Positions 10,889 through 24,212 of a DNA stretch of 64,000 nt are shown piece after piece (position 1 is the first letter of the stretch; every line of letters starts with the position of its first letter). This DNA comes from Octopus sinensis (Eukaryota), in contig NC_043004.1 in assembly GCF_006345805.1 (NCBI RefSeq), positions 34,720,001-34,784,000 of the forward strand, in the 5' to 3' direction. Below the pieces are notes generated by a model. That model searched no databases, was not told where the DNA came from, and worked only from the letters and a program-made list of their open reading frames with translations. The position numbers and the translations under genes were made by a program.

Positions 10889-12502
10889 AACACACATGCA
10901 GCCGCACAGACACACACACACATACACACACATATATGCATGCACATGTGAAGTGAATTGTTTTTCACATGGTGTTTATTTTCCAATACATATGCTTGCA
11001 TGTGTATGTTTATATACAATAATATATATGCATGTGTGTGTGTATGCCAGTCTGTCTGTATGTATGTGTGTGTGTGTGTGTGTATGTAGGTGGGTGTATA
11101 TGTGAAAGAAATAGTGCACATGTTTCTGTCTGTACATGTGCACACATGTATCCATATGATGCTTTAGATATGCAAGAATTTTCATTAGTTTAATGAAATT
11201 TTTCACAAATATTTTAATGTTTTGTTTTTGTATGAGTTTATTGTAAGCAATTTGTCAAAAGCATTGGTGCTGGGTCTGTTCTAGATTTCTGACCTGGTGT
11301 ATCATTCAAAGCAAACATCGATTTCTTTGTATTGCCATTCAAATATCTTCATGGTTAGAAAGAAACATTTCATCCAATTGCATCTCTCCATATCTCTTAT
11401 CATAAACATATAATTATATATGACAAACACAGACACATACATGCATACATGTATACATACATGTATACATACATGTATATACATACATATATATATATAT
11501 ACACATGCACACATGCATGAATACATACATACACACGTATATATACATATACACGCATATATGCACACATACATCCATACAAACATACATGTTATCATGA
11601 TGATGTTGTATATTAAATGTTTATGTATATATGCATATATATATATTATTTGTAAATATGATGCCCCATCATGGCTGTTGTTCAATGAGAGTGAAAAAAT
11701 ATAAAAGTGAATATATACATACATACATACTAACATCCATATATATATTTGTGTGTGCGTGCATATATATATATATAGAGAGAGAGAGCAGGGGGGAGGA
11801 TAGAGCTCCACAGATTAAAGATACGCAGATTTATAAATATATATTTTCATATATATATATATATACATACAGACACAGTCATAAACACACATATATATAC
11901 TTATATATATTCCATACATTATATGCTTGTACACACATATTTTACGTGCATTTGCTCACTTATTCTCAAAAGTACAGAGAAAGGGAAATAAACAGTTTTT
12001 ATTTTCTTGATATATATATATATATATATTCATTTTAGCAATATACATATTTTTATTTTCTTAATATCCATCTTTATTTTCAGGAATCAGCCTACAAAGA
12101 AGAAATCTCTCCAGAAAAGAATCGCAAAGAAGCAAAATGAGACTTCCTTTCCAATTGTAATTTTGCTGCTCTTTTTATTGTTGGAATCTTTTCAGACTTA
12201 CCAAAGTTAAGTTTCCAACTTAGATAATGGAATTTGCAGCCAGATTCCATGAAGTAAAGCTAAACATCTTGAAATTTATGATATTGCTATTATAGCTTAT
12301 GATGATATATAGTAATTCTTTTTGCAAGTAAATATACATTTGAACTTCTTTATATTTATTTATTGACATATCATTAAGGAAAAATAGCATGTCACTCTTG
12401 GAGAATTCTTGATTCTTGAGATTATTTCTCCTCATTTAGAGCTCATACCAAAAGAGTGGTGGTCTATCCTCTCTAGAAGCAGAGGTAGTTGAAATTAAGC
12501 AT

Positions 12503-12540
<38 letters not shown>

Positions 12541-12614
12541 TATTTCTAAATCTATCAGAGAGAGTTATGCTGTAACACCATAATAAAGTGATGGCTTGTA
12601 GCTGTCCCAGGACT

Positions 12615-12675
<61 letters not shown>

Positions 12676-14479
12676 GGAGTTTACAAGTATGTGGTTTCAA
12701 GTTTAGTCCTGCTGCATTTTTTACTATACCCCAAGTGCGACCAAATATATTACACATATATACACACATATACATGTGCGCGTGTGTGAATAGTGTGTAC
12801 CTTTGTTTTGACATCATGAGATGGTTGTAAATGACCATCATCATCATACAAGGAATGTCAAAAGGACTAACCAAATACTGTCTTTGCATTATAGCCAATT
12901 TTCTGACCAAGCCAGGAAAACTATGTCTCCACAGGTTTCTTTTCAATTGGTAAGATTATTTGTTGTCAGTTATTAATACCTGACAAGATTGCTAGTTTTT
13001 ATTGATTTTGGTCGAAGGAAATAGTTTTAATCTCAGAATGCACCAAGCTGGAGCAAATACTATAATGTATCCTATTTGAGAATTTAAATATTCTACTACT
13101 CCACTCCCTTGGGCTTTATCAACTCTGAAAGGATGAATGGTTAAGTTCACTTTGGTGTGATTTGAAATAAGAGTGCAAAAAATCAAGACAAATACTGCAA
13201 AGTTTTTTTATCCGCCATCTTGAGGATTCTGACAGCCTGTTGCTTTGAACAAGATACCTTACTAAATATGAATGTTTTTATTTTCCATTTTATAAAAGAG
13301 ATGAATGAAACAAGAAAAAAAAAAGCAATACAAACTACAACTACAATACACACCTCCTGGGATGACAAAGAAAATTCTGAGAATACTTAGAAACCCAACT
13401 GTTAAAAGTGCCCAAGTCACATTGATTTTTTTTGTGTGTGTGTGACATAAGCACTTTTAGAACTAGGGTTTTCACTTGATATTCTCATCTAACTATAAAG
13501 CTATGAAATATCCACTGATGTGAATAATGCACCTTACCTTTTCCTTATCAGCAATAAAGAACTCATAATCTAACAAGACTGCATTCTTTAAATTATTTTA
13601 TTTATTAAATATTTTATGTATCTTTCACTCATAATTTATTTCTGCTGAACAACAAATGTGTGTGTGTGTGTGTGTAGGGCAGGAAGTAAGAAATATAAAG
13701 AGATATAATAAAGATATAATAAGTCCATGACAAACTTTTGCTCGCATCTTGGTGAAACCAAAGGAAAAAGTTGATAAGTTTTATGGAATTTGCTCAGCTC
13801 AGCTTACATCCAATATTGTGAGATTGATGATTATAGATTGAATATGAGTATTAAATCAGATATTAAATGGAAATTTCTCTCTTGAATAATTTAAAAGGAT
13901 ATAAATCGATATTCTTGTCAAAACCAATTGCTACAGCAATGACATAAAGGGAGTAAATTGAAAATAGTTTACTAAAAGCATTCCGTGCAATGCTATAAAT
14001 GAAATGTTTTAGTGCCTCAAGATAAAGGAAAGCATGGTGAATTTTCTTTCTCCTTGAGATGAGAAAAAGGGGGTTATTAATTGCTAAAACAGATATTTCC
14101 CTTGTCATTTTCAATTATTTGTCTGTAGACTTTGAATATATATACTTTCGGCAGCAACTGCTGGCTTGGTGCTATGCATGGCATCTTTCTCCATGGAACA
14201 ATCAATAAACAAAGCTGTTAGAGAGAACACACTTTTATGTAAACATATCAGATACATCTCTGGCAAGATATTCCTATATCACGCAGACCTATGATATCAA
14301 ACTCTATTAATGGTACTTAAATACTTCAGATTTCACATCAGGTGTGCTATACTTTGAATATGTCACGGATGAGCTTTTATTTATGTATGTTTAGCTTAAA
14401 TATATGGCAGCTTACATTTAAAACTGTGTAATTATGCAATTTGTGTGAGTACTTTAAAATAATGTATCCATCTCTATAT

Positions 14480-14519
<40 letters not shown>

Positions 14520-14562
14520 ATATAGAGATGGATACATATAGAGTGTTTGAAGTGGAGTGTGT

Positions 14563-14594
<32 letters not shown>

Positions 14595-15059
14595 CCCTCC
14601 ACTTCAAGCACTCTATATATACATACATATGGACACACACACATATTTGTATATCTATATGCATATGTGCATGTATATATATACATATATATATTATGCA
14701 TATATATAAATAAATATATAATTTTATATACACTTATCCATATATGTATATGTGCCTATATTTTACATGAGTATATATACACACATATGTGCGTGTATTC
14801 AAAAATATTTATATGCACATACACACACACACACACACACATGTATATTACATATATTGCTATATTTTGTAGATCTAAATAAATGGATATTATCTTGGAT
14901 TCATAATATGGAAATAAATTACAAATACAAATGTTGTAACAATAAATCTCCGAGCTTAACTACTTCATAGGATTTCATCCTGTGCCAGCTTTTGATAGGT
15001 TTCAAAATTTTGTTCATTCATACCACTTTGGAGGCAAATAATTTAAGCTTTATTATTAT

Positions 15060-15432
15060 TAACCCATCCCGCTCAAAAGGTCCCTGAATAAGGGTTGTTT
15101 AAGGATGTTGAACGAAACACACGTTTCCAGAGGTGAATTATTCAAACCCCAAAGAATCCCTCTCAACACATGGCTATGATGCTCCCCACTACTTCTGCTC
15201 GTGATCAGAGATGCGCATATCGTCAGCCACTAAGGGGCATGCTCAACTGGTTAAGGTCAAACAACTGACAAGCAAATCTGTGGTATTGAGCAGAATATTT
15301 GCTGTAGCCCATCTTTTATACCAAGACAAAACAAAGTACGTGATAACACTTCCACTCAGTTAAGATCAGAAGCCATGAGAGCCACTGCCTAGTACTGCAT
15401 CAGGGCATTTATTATTATTATTATTATTATTA
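15060..15432. repeat. Unclassified interspersed repeat between (TTA)n tracts
   Basis: Higher-complexity block retaining CpGs, bounded by TTA runs; I recall it as a common cephalopod repeat but did not verify this. Confidence 0.35.
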
Positions 15433-15434
15433 TG

Positions 15435-15620
15435 AAGGTGGTGATCTGGCAAAATCATTAGTTACTGAGTGAAATGCTTAACGGTAGTTTGTGTGTCACT
15501 ATGTTCTGAGATCAAATTCTGCCAAGGTCGACTTCGACTTTCATCCTTTCAGGGTCGATAAATTAAATACCAGTGAAACACTGGGGTCGACGTAATCAAT
15601 TTCGGCCCTTATGGCCATAT
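15435..15620 (+). mobile_element. tRNA-derived SINE family C
   Basis: Diverged family C body. Confidence 0.7.
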
Positions 15621-15627
15621 AGAATGG

Positions 15628-15648
15628 ATTATTATTATTATTTTATTA

Positions 15649-15683
<35 letters not shown>

Positions 15684-15721
15684 TATTATTATTATTATCA
15701 TTATTATTATTAGTATTATTA

Positions 15722-15753
<32 letters not shown>

Positions 15754-15767
15754 TATTATTATTATTA

Positions 15768-15808
<41 letters not shown>

Positions 15809-15810
15809 TT
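15628..15810. repeat. (TTA)n microsatellite, the tail of the adjacent R4/Dong-like element
   Basis: Directly visible. Confidence 0.9.
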
Positions 15811-16240
15811 ATTGTCTTTGGACAGCTTCTAATGCTGGAGATGTACTACTGTGTCAGCTGTTCACTACCGGTGAACTAAGGTAACACCCCTTATTTTTTG
15901 AGTACCATCAGGAGTATTCGAGTAGTTCCAGGCAGAACTGTTTTCTGCAAATGCTTCACCCTTATTGCAGCCCCTATTTGTTCCATGTACTTCTCGAGGT
16001 TTTGCTCACTGTTCCCAGGGCTTTGACAATTATTGGTACTTCTACCACCTTTTTCATCAACCACAACTGTGTAACCTCCCAAGCTAACCTGTTATATCTA
16101 TCGACTTTTCTTTCTTGCTTACCACATACCTTGTTGTCAGCTGGGCATGCTATATCTATGATCCAGCATTGTTTGCTTTCTTTCTCAATTATGTCTGGTT
16201 TCCTATTCTCTTTCTCATGGTCATGCTGAATCATAAAATC
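15810..16240 (-). pseudogene. R4/Dong-like non-LTR retrotransposon RLE C-terminus and 3' UTR
   Basis: ENRKPDIIEKESKQCWIIDIACPADNKV..VPIIVKALGTVSK / EKYMEQIGAAIRVKHLQKTVL; (TAA)n tail on the minus strand. Confidence 0.8.
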
Positions 16241-16277
16241 CCATAGGATCTTTGCATTACCATTTTCAGTGATGCCT

Positions 16278-16331
16278 TATTATTATTATTATTATTATTA
16301 TTATCATCATTATTATTATTATTATTATTAC

Positions 16332-16386
<55 letters not shown>

Positions 16387-16387
16387 G
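16278..16387. repeat. (TTA)n microsatellite
   Basis: Directly visible. Confidence 0.95.
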
Positions 16388-16570
16388 AGGTAGCAAGCTT
16401 GCAAAAATCTTAGCGTGTTGAGTAAAATGCTTTGTGATGTTTTGTCCATCTTTACACTATGAGTTCAAGTTCTGTCTAGGTTGGTTTGGCCTTTCATCTT
16501 TTCAGGGTCGATAAATTAAGTACCAGTTGAGCACTGGGCTGGTGGGATTGACTGGTCCCTTTCCCCAAAA
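16388..16570 (+). mobile_element. tRNA-derived SINE family C (diverged)
   Basis: 'gagttcaagttctg..cctttcatcttttcagggtcgataaattaagtaccagttg'. Confidence 0.7.
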
Positions 16571-17769
16571 ATACATCAACATCCTCATCATCATCATCAT
16601 CATTTGTCTGGCTTTTGCTTTGAATTTGTACAATAATAATAATCCTTTCTAAAATAGGCACAAAACCTGCAATTCTGGGGATGAGACTAAAGAGAATTAT
16701 TATTATCATTATTATTTTCATTAGCATCTTCTTTCAATACAGTTTGCATTTCTTGCCAAGTGTCTTCCTAACACCTAGGGCAGAGAAACGTACTGTATAT
16801 ATTAAAACAAACATTAAAACAAACACACCAGATTGTTCATTTACAAAGTCATGTGATAGAGTAAAAGAGGAAGACAAAGATTATTATTAATTTTATTGTT
16901 ATTGTTATTATTATTGTTACTATTATTATTATCATGATCCTCCAAGAATAAAGTATGGTGATATGCAACAGATAAATTGGTTCTGTGACTTGGCAACTGT
17001 TTCTCGTTGAAATCTATTTTACTTTTGTTATGTTGTCCTTAGAAGAGAGATAAAGATCACATGCTACCTTTCAATAAAATTTCAGTCTATACACAAAGTT
17101 CAAAACCAGCAAATACAATAGCAAGTGCTCAACTTCAAAAGTAATAATTACCTGCTTAAACAGAATGAGGCAAGAAGATAAAACAACGTGGAAAGTTATG
17201 CAGTGTTACTAACAAAAAATTGTGTCTGCAGAAACATATTTTATGTTTATAAAATATTAATATGCTGCAAACACTTAGTTGTTCTCTTAAGCAATAACTC
17301 CAATCTTATTCTTTTTCTGCAAGACTAAATCACATATTGATACGGCATAAACATTAAATATAATTTCACATCCAAAATGTTTGGGGAGAAGTGAATAACT
17401 GCTTTTGTCAGAGAACATTATTTACTATCCCTGGCATAATTTGAACACACTGTTCACTGTGGCATTCTATCTTCGAGAGAAATTCCATTTCTATTTTCAT
17501 ACTAAGAAGAAAACGAAAGGAAAAAAAAAATACTTGAAAGAGACCATATACATTGATAGTCTAAAAACAGTTGAAGCCATTTATCATGAGTCAAGTTTGG
17601 TGAGAATATAGTCAGAAGATTATCAGACAAGTCATTTTTACTTTATCAAATCATGCCTGAAACAAGAAAACTTGTCAAATCTATTTTCTCATATATTAAA
17701 TATTGCTTTCAATGGGAAACATTAAGTGGGGTGTTACGACTATTATGGATTAAGTGAGTGTAAATGCCA

Positions 17770-17890
17770 TGAGGGAGGCATGTATTATGATGTAACTGTT
17801 ATGAGATGAGGGGTTCTATGATGTAATTGTTATGAGGTGGGAGTACTATGATGTAACTGTTATGTGGTGGGGGTAGTACTATGATGTAAA
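17770..17890. repeat. ~30-bp minisatellite, about 4 copies
   Basis: Recurring 'tatgatgtaactgttatg' unit. Confidence 0.8.
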
Positions 17891-18224
17891 TTTTAGTAAT
17901 GGATCTAATGGGGTGTTCAACATTTCTGAGTTTGATCCAAGAGAATAAATAAATGAGAGAATGATCAATAGCTATTCAGATACCACCAGAATTAATTTTA
18001 CTTTTTATATCCATGGATCAATTACCAAAATCTATTCAATGATTACAGAGGATAATGGATCAAAAATAGATTTTTGTTCAAACATTCTTTGGAAGGAATA
18101 AGAAACAAACACATTCAGCACAGGAAAAAAAGTTCTTTGGATCAGAAGAAAGAAAGGTTTAAAAGAAAAACAATGGCATGGATTGTATGGAACACTAGAG
18201 TTGGTAACAAACAAGCCAAAACAT

Positions 18225-18660
18225 GAAGAATATGAAGCCCCTTAGGACTGAGAAAGTCCCTAATTTCTGATGAAGTACTTGATCACAACCCATGGACATA
18301 TGACTGCAGAGTGCAATGAACTGATAAACAGACCAGAATCAACACCTGAATGGATGCTGGAACAGAAAACAACATTAATCTCAAAAACACAAACACTAAA
18401 AGCTTGTAACTTGCTTACAACATCATATAAAGTCCTTACATCTATAATCTACAAAAGGTTGGTTACTCACCTAGAAAGCAATAATACATTTCCACAGGAG
18501 CAGAAAACCTGTTAAAAAGGGCTGCAAAGAGCAAGAAAAACAGGAAAACAAATGTTAGCTTGGCTTGGATTGATTTACCAAAAAACATTTAATAAAACCG
18601 TATACAACATTCTTGGATGCTGGAAACTCTCTTCAATTCTATCAAGGAATATCAACCTGT
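18225..18660 (+). pseudogene. R4/Dong-like reverse transcriptase N-terminal fragment
   Basis: ELINRPESTPEWMLEQKTTLISK..TTSYKVLTSIIYKRLVTHLESNNTFPQEQK..SLAWID. Confidence 0.8.
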
Positions 18661-18961
18661 TCACCACAAGGTCAAGTCCCTGTTGAGTATGGTGGTTTGG
18701 ATGCCTTGAAGACGACACCGTGAACTTTGCCAGTGAAGCAAGAACTTCTGGTATTTCTCCCACACTGGACAGGTCCAAGGATAGGAGCCAGAATGATATG
18801 GACCACTTGAAAGGAATATCAGGAGGGTTCTAAGAACTTGAAAGACTGCTGAAAACTTGTGGATACTTAAGGTTACAGGAAGTAACCCGCTACCCATATA
18901 AATCCTACCAGGAATTGGACTGAACCATAATCAAACCAAAATAATGATGATGATGATGATG

Positions 18962-19200
18962 AATTGACAATACTGCCATATCTGGAGGTGCAGGCATTGG
19001 TGACAAAAAGCTGAAAATGGTGGAAAAATACAAGTTACTAAAAGACAAAATCACAAGAATGTCATTGCAGTTGTCCTGGCACTTGAGGCACAAAGATGTT
19101 GGAGAAGCTGGAGTTTGACACGAGGGAAGAGCAGGCCCCTATTGGGGACAGCTAGGATTTTGAAATTGGCATTTGGGTGTGGAGTATCTGCTATGAAACA
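18962..19200 (+). pseudogene. RLE-type non-LTR C-terminal fragment
   Basis: IDNTAISGGAGIGDKKLKMVEKYK..LLGTARIL, resembling RLE C-termini. Confidence 0.55.
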
Positions 19201-19335
19201 TAATACCTAAGTACCAAGTCTTATAATTTGTTGAAAAGAGACCTTGTGAGGCCTTTGTCAACAGGATACTGTCCACTCTCACAGAATTAACCTCAGCAAG
19301 AAAGATCGAGAGCTCTAAGAGGTAAAATATAATGA

Positions 19336-19370
<35 letters not shown>

Positions 19371-20429
19371 ATTTAAAATTTTCAGTTTTATCTTTGAGAA
19401 TTGATGTAAATGTCAAAAAGTTAGATGAATGCTTGTCTCTGAGCCTTGTAGATCTCACAACAAAAAATTTTTCTAACTAATGACCAATATCGGTTGATAT
19501 TGTTTTGGTGCTGTTGAGATAGGGAAACTCATAATTTAGGCAAAGTCTAAGGAAGTAAACTTTTGATAGCAATGTTTTTACGCTCTCTCTCTTCGGTTCT
19601 TTAATATACTTGTTCTCTTTACCAATTTTTAAGACCTAGACAACTTCTTAGTTCTGTATGGATGTTATGAAATATTTAAGCTGAAGCTATGGGTTTAGCT
19701 TTGAAGTTTACATATGTGCATCTTCAAAGTAAGGGTTCCATAGAGATATAAAGATGGTAACCATTACAAATGAAAATGCAGATGCCAGAGCTATCTTTTC
19801 CATTATTGACATATCTCACCTTCCAGTTGAAAGGGAATCACATTTATCACCGTGTCAATGTTTCGTTCCTGTTGTCTGGTGGTCATTTATTTCTTACATT
19901 TAGAGTTATTGTCATTTAACAGCCAAGTCTTTCCGGCTGATAAAGTATCATCAGTTAGAACCATCACAACTAAAACTTGTTACCTGATGATGTACAGCAG
20001 ATATTTACTGAAACACTTCTGATGAAGGTACTAAAGTAAGGGCTACGGTAATCTGTATGAGTATAAATTATCTTGCAAAATGAAAATAAATATGATCTCT
20101 ACCTAGAAGTGAATGAGAAAGAAGCACACAATACAAGGGTCATTATTTGATGCATTAGTCCTCTGTAATGGGATTTCATTTCCCTTTAATAGGTCTTTTA
20201 GTTAAGTTAAGTTTAAAGAAGATCTTTCTTCGACATTTTGGGGTCAGTCATTTATACAGACAACAGCAGAAGAACTGTTAAAAATCATTTCCATTTACCA
20301 TGAACATCATCATTATCAGCAGCAGCATTTCATTATTGTCATCAATTTTGTGATTGTGACCAAGACTGCAAGCTGGCAGAAACGTTAGCACTTGTACCAT
20401 TTGTCGGCAGTTTTGAATTTATAATACCA

Positions 20430-21425
20430 TCACATTATCCAGTATGGATATTGGCCAACTCTGTCATGTCTTGATTTGTACTCTACAGGTACTAAAACCT
20501 TACACCCAGAGATTAGGTTTCAATCTCATCATAGCAGTATTAGCTCTTTGGATCTACTCTATTTTTAATCACATTGGCTTGGTAGTTCTGGGCCAATAAG
20601 CTTTGATCTTGAGCAGATAAGATAAAGCCTTCACTCTCTGCCTTTAGCCCTGAGCTCCGTAGCCACTGATGGATGTGCTTCTGGTCTTCATCAGCTTGTT
20701 TACTATGGGTTACATATTTGCCATGCAGAGGTTTTTGCTCCCACCTATCAGCCAATTATTCAAATGCATTTTGCTTTGCTATTGATTCCACCTTCTTTGC
20801 AACTGAAGTTACTGCACTTCTCTCATGCTGTTTAACCTGGGTTTTATGCATAAACTCACTTGAAACTTTTTTTCTCTCCTTCATAACAGAATGAAGCTTC
20901 TTACATCTTTCATGGTTTTCAACGAGCTTTAGCATCGTTGAAAACCATTAGAGGTTTCATGATATTTTTCCATTCCAATTGTGGTGGCTTTGTAAGAAAT
21001 TTCAAATTGATCAAGCCCCAATTTCCCTGAGTTCTGGGTAGGTAAAGATGATTTGCATCTGCCTTTGGGTGGTGCATCTTATTGCAAGTCAGCATCTTAC
21101 CAATTTTCCTGTCAATCTTTCTTATTTCACTCATATTTCCAGTTCAACACATTGAAACTATAAATAACAACTGGAACTGCTAAGGAATTTATAGCTAACA
21201 CCTTGCTACATGCATTTAACTTACATTTTAGGACTGCTCAAACTCTCCTGTAACACTCCTTCCTGATCTTCTCTTTCATGCTTACATACTGAATGCCAGA
21301 GCCCTCATTTATTCCAGGGTATTTGTAAGTTTCTTCCTGCTCGAGTTCTTTTATGACTGTGTCAACATCCAACACCACTGAATGCGAGGTCTTCTGTTTC
21401 CCTTTCTGGAAAGTGGTCTTGGCAC
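20430..21425 (-). pseudogene. R4/Dong-like RT C-terminal half to CCHC region
   Basis: IKELEQEETYKYPGINEG..KEKIRKECYRRV; IRKIDRKIGKMLTCNKMHHPKAD..LYLPR..GLINL; RWEQKPLHGKY..WLRSSGLKAESEGFILSAQDQSL. Confidence 0.9.
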
Positions 21426-21427
21426 TT

Positions 21428-21514
21428 TTTATTATTATTACTATAATTATCATAATAATAATAATGATAATAATAATAATAATTATTATTATTATCATTA
21501 TCATTATTATTATT

Positions 21515-21568
<54 letters not shown>
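21428..21568. repeat. (TTA)/(TAA)/(TTG)n compound microsatellite
   Basis: Directly visible. Confidence 0.95.
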
Positions 21569-22894
21569 ACCTGTAACCTTATCAACACTATTGTAATCAG
21601 TTGCATTTTATTTCGTTATGAATATTAATGTCATTATTTTACACTCATTAATTACTAGAATACAACAATATCCCATGCGCTTCTCCAGGAGCTGCTACAG
21701 GGTCACCTAATCTTTTCAAAATAGCAGCCAATCATCTTAGATAATATGGCCCTGGGTTCTCTGGATATAGGGGAAAAAAAAGGTTAATCATGGCTGGAAT
21801 GTCTTGAAACACAGTTATGTTTAATCATCAACGAAATTAAGGATGACTTCATGTGATGTCAGTACCTCAAGGTACAAACAAAAACTTCATCTGTTTCCAC
21901 ATTTCAAGTCTCTTGTATTAGTATTTTTCACTGAGAGTTTTAATATTCTAAATATAAATGTATTTAATAATTATGTGAAATACACCTGGGTTTTCTCTAA
22001 TGTTTCACGTGAATAGCATTCTAATGTAAAAAAGAAAAAGAACAAAACACATCAACCATCATTTACTAAATTATTATGCGATTCTTTTATAGGACTAAAA
22101 GAAGACAAGGAAGAAAAAAAAGAGAAAAACTAGAAATTAGAAGTAGAAAATTATATATTAAGAAAACGTTAAAATCCGTTGGGGATGTTTAAAGTTTCTA
22201 AGCAATATTTATTTACTTGATGAACATGTTAAGATAGAAGAATTAATACAAATGGTATCTAATTTGTAGATAAGGGGAAATACATTAACAGAGAATTGTT
22301 GGTTTTTTAAGGAAAAAAATAAAAAAAGACAAATAAATAACAAATGTTGAATTAACAAGAAATGAATTTGCAAAATTCTTACAGTAGTAAATAGGAGACA
22401 ATTTGAAATATATTAACATTTAACAGAATCTTTCAGTAACCTCATGGCACTTGAAAATGTAAGTCAGGTGTAATGTATTTTGAGTATATCAAAATGGGTT
22501 ACACATATGAAATTAGAGTATCAAGTTGGATGGAGTTTTTTTTGTCTTTTTTTTTTTTACAAGCATAAAAAGTAGGTTCCCATTTTTTAGATTAAAGGAT
22601 CCGTTAGTTGTTAGACAAGAGAGATTATAAATTCTTTTGAGGTTGCCATCACTGGAAAATCAGAGGTTTATTTACCTATAGTATTATGGTCCATGTACTG
22701 TAACAGTGTTTCACTGTACCAGTCATTTCTTGGTGACTTCTTACTCCTGGCAGATAATGTCTTTGCACCACTCAGGCAACAACCCTCCAACCCTTGAGCC
22801 TGTTTTTTGTTGATAGCTGCTGTTAGTGAGGGTTTTTAAGAGGCCAGAGCGCAAATCCTTTTAGTCAACTTTTATGACTGGGTCCCCATACAGC

Positions 22895-23013
22895 ATTAGA
22901 GCTACATCAAATTAAATGTCTTGCTCAAGAACACAACACATTGCTCATCTGAGAATTGAACCCATGATCTGGTGACCACTAGTGTAACACCCTAACCATT
23001 AGGCCATGCACTT
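22895..23013 (-). mobile_element. tRNA-derived SINE head (diverged)
   Basis: Minus: 'gcatggcctaatggttagggtg..catgggttcaattctc..gtgttgtgttcttgagcaagaca', A/B boxes. Confidence 0.55.
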
Positions 23014-23159
23014 TCTGATTTGCCTATAGTGGTATGAAATTTGAGGAATATAGCAACCATACCAAGAACAGCTTATATTAACAGAGCAAGTCAAGATAAT
23101 AACATGAGTTGACAAAGCCAGAAATGTTGTGGGAGGTGAAATAATTGTCTAGATGCCCA

Positions 23160-23345
23160 TTTTCTTGTTTTCCATGCTGACTTACAATTGAGCATTTGAG
23201 AGGATTCACTGAGCCTATGGATTGCATCATGCTCCATTGACCGTTTTGGTGTGGTTTCCATGGCTGGATGCCCTTCCTCATGCTAAAAAGTTTACAGAAT
23301 GTACTCGATGGTTTTATGTGACACCAGCATTAGTGAAGTGGTCAA
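23160..23345 (-). mobile_element. SINE-like family A (diverged)
   Basis: 'tttccatggctggatgcccttcct'. Confidence 0.6.
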
Positions 23346-23651
23346 GCAGCAGCTCACAACATTAAGATCTCCTTCTACTAACAGGGAGTCACAGTAGAAA
23401 GGATGGAGTCTTTATGATGGGAGATGAGAGGTTAAATTATAAAAGCAGGGCCCAGGACAGGACAGGATTCTGGGTGTAGAGGAATTAAATGGTGGCTGAC
23501 CTTATAGAAGAGGGGGTGGGAGTAACTGGGACGAAGTGAGAGAGAGCACCATATACATACATACATTCTTATATACATACATACTTACATACATATATAT
23601 ATTTACATATACACAGATGCACACACATTGATGCACAAACATTAATGTTTG

Positions 23652-23812
23652 CTTTTATGTTCGGTTATCATAAAACAATTGCTCATTCTTCTGATGGGTT
23701 ACTCCATAATTTTGTAGAGTACAAATTAAGCCATCATCTGATGATGGCTTAATGGGCCGAAACTTCAAAGTCACTGTCGATAATATTCTTGTTTAAGAAT
23801 TAAATATATATA
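23652..23812. mobile_element. Hammerhead-bearing element: antisense piece fused to sense piece through a 29-bp palindrome
   Basis: 23652-23727 is homologous to 59170-59248; palindrome attaagccatcatc-t-gatgatggcttaat at 23725-23753; (TA)n follows. Confidence 0.6.
23737..23776 (+). ncRNA. Hammerhead core with stem I lost at the inversion junction
   Basis: CTGATGA-T-GGC-TTAATGG-GCC-GAAA-CTTCAAAG-TC/ACTG; stem III near-palindromic. Confidence 0.55.
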
Positions 23813-23842
23813 TATATATAGACATAGACACAGAAACACATA

Positions 23843-24000
23843 CAGAGGCAAGCTTGCTTCTTAACCACATGGTTCCAGGTTCAGTCCCACTGCATGGCAT
23901 CTTGGGCAAGTGTCATCTACTATAGCCTCAGGCTGATCAAAGCCTTGAGAGTGGATTTGGTAGACGGAAACTGAAAGAAGCCCATTGTATAAATATACAA

Positions 24001-24051
<51 letters not shown>

Positions 24052-24212
24052 TCTAGCCACAATTGCTTGATAACTTAGTGGTTCAGCTATACAGACTGAT
24101 AGAATGAGTACTAAGGCTTACAAAGAATAAGTCTTGGGGTCGATTTGTTTGACTAAAGGCAGTGCTTCAGGATGGCCGCCGTCAAATGACTGGAACAAGT
24201 AAAAGAATAAAA
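23843..24212 (+). mobile_element. tRNA-derived SINE family B (with internal (TG)n)
   Basis: Head 'accacatggttccaggttcagtcccactg' and family B tail. Confidence 0.85.

Noticed and set aside
19940-20040. Three CTGATGA motifs close together
   Set aside because: No arrangement gives stem I, stem II and an NUH site together; may be a decayed PLE end but is unsupported.
22427-22458. Possible 32-nt exon (AG..GTAAGT; ESFSNLMALEN)
   Set aside because: Weak polypyrimidine tract and no supporting neighbouring exons; other splice-like sites (12082, 12950, 48057, 58218) also gave no coherent reading frame.
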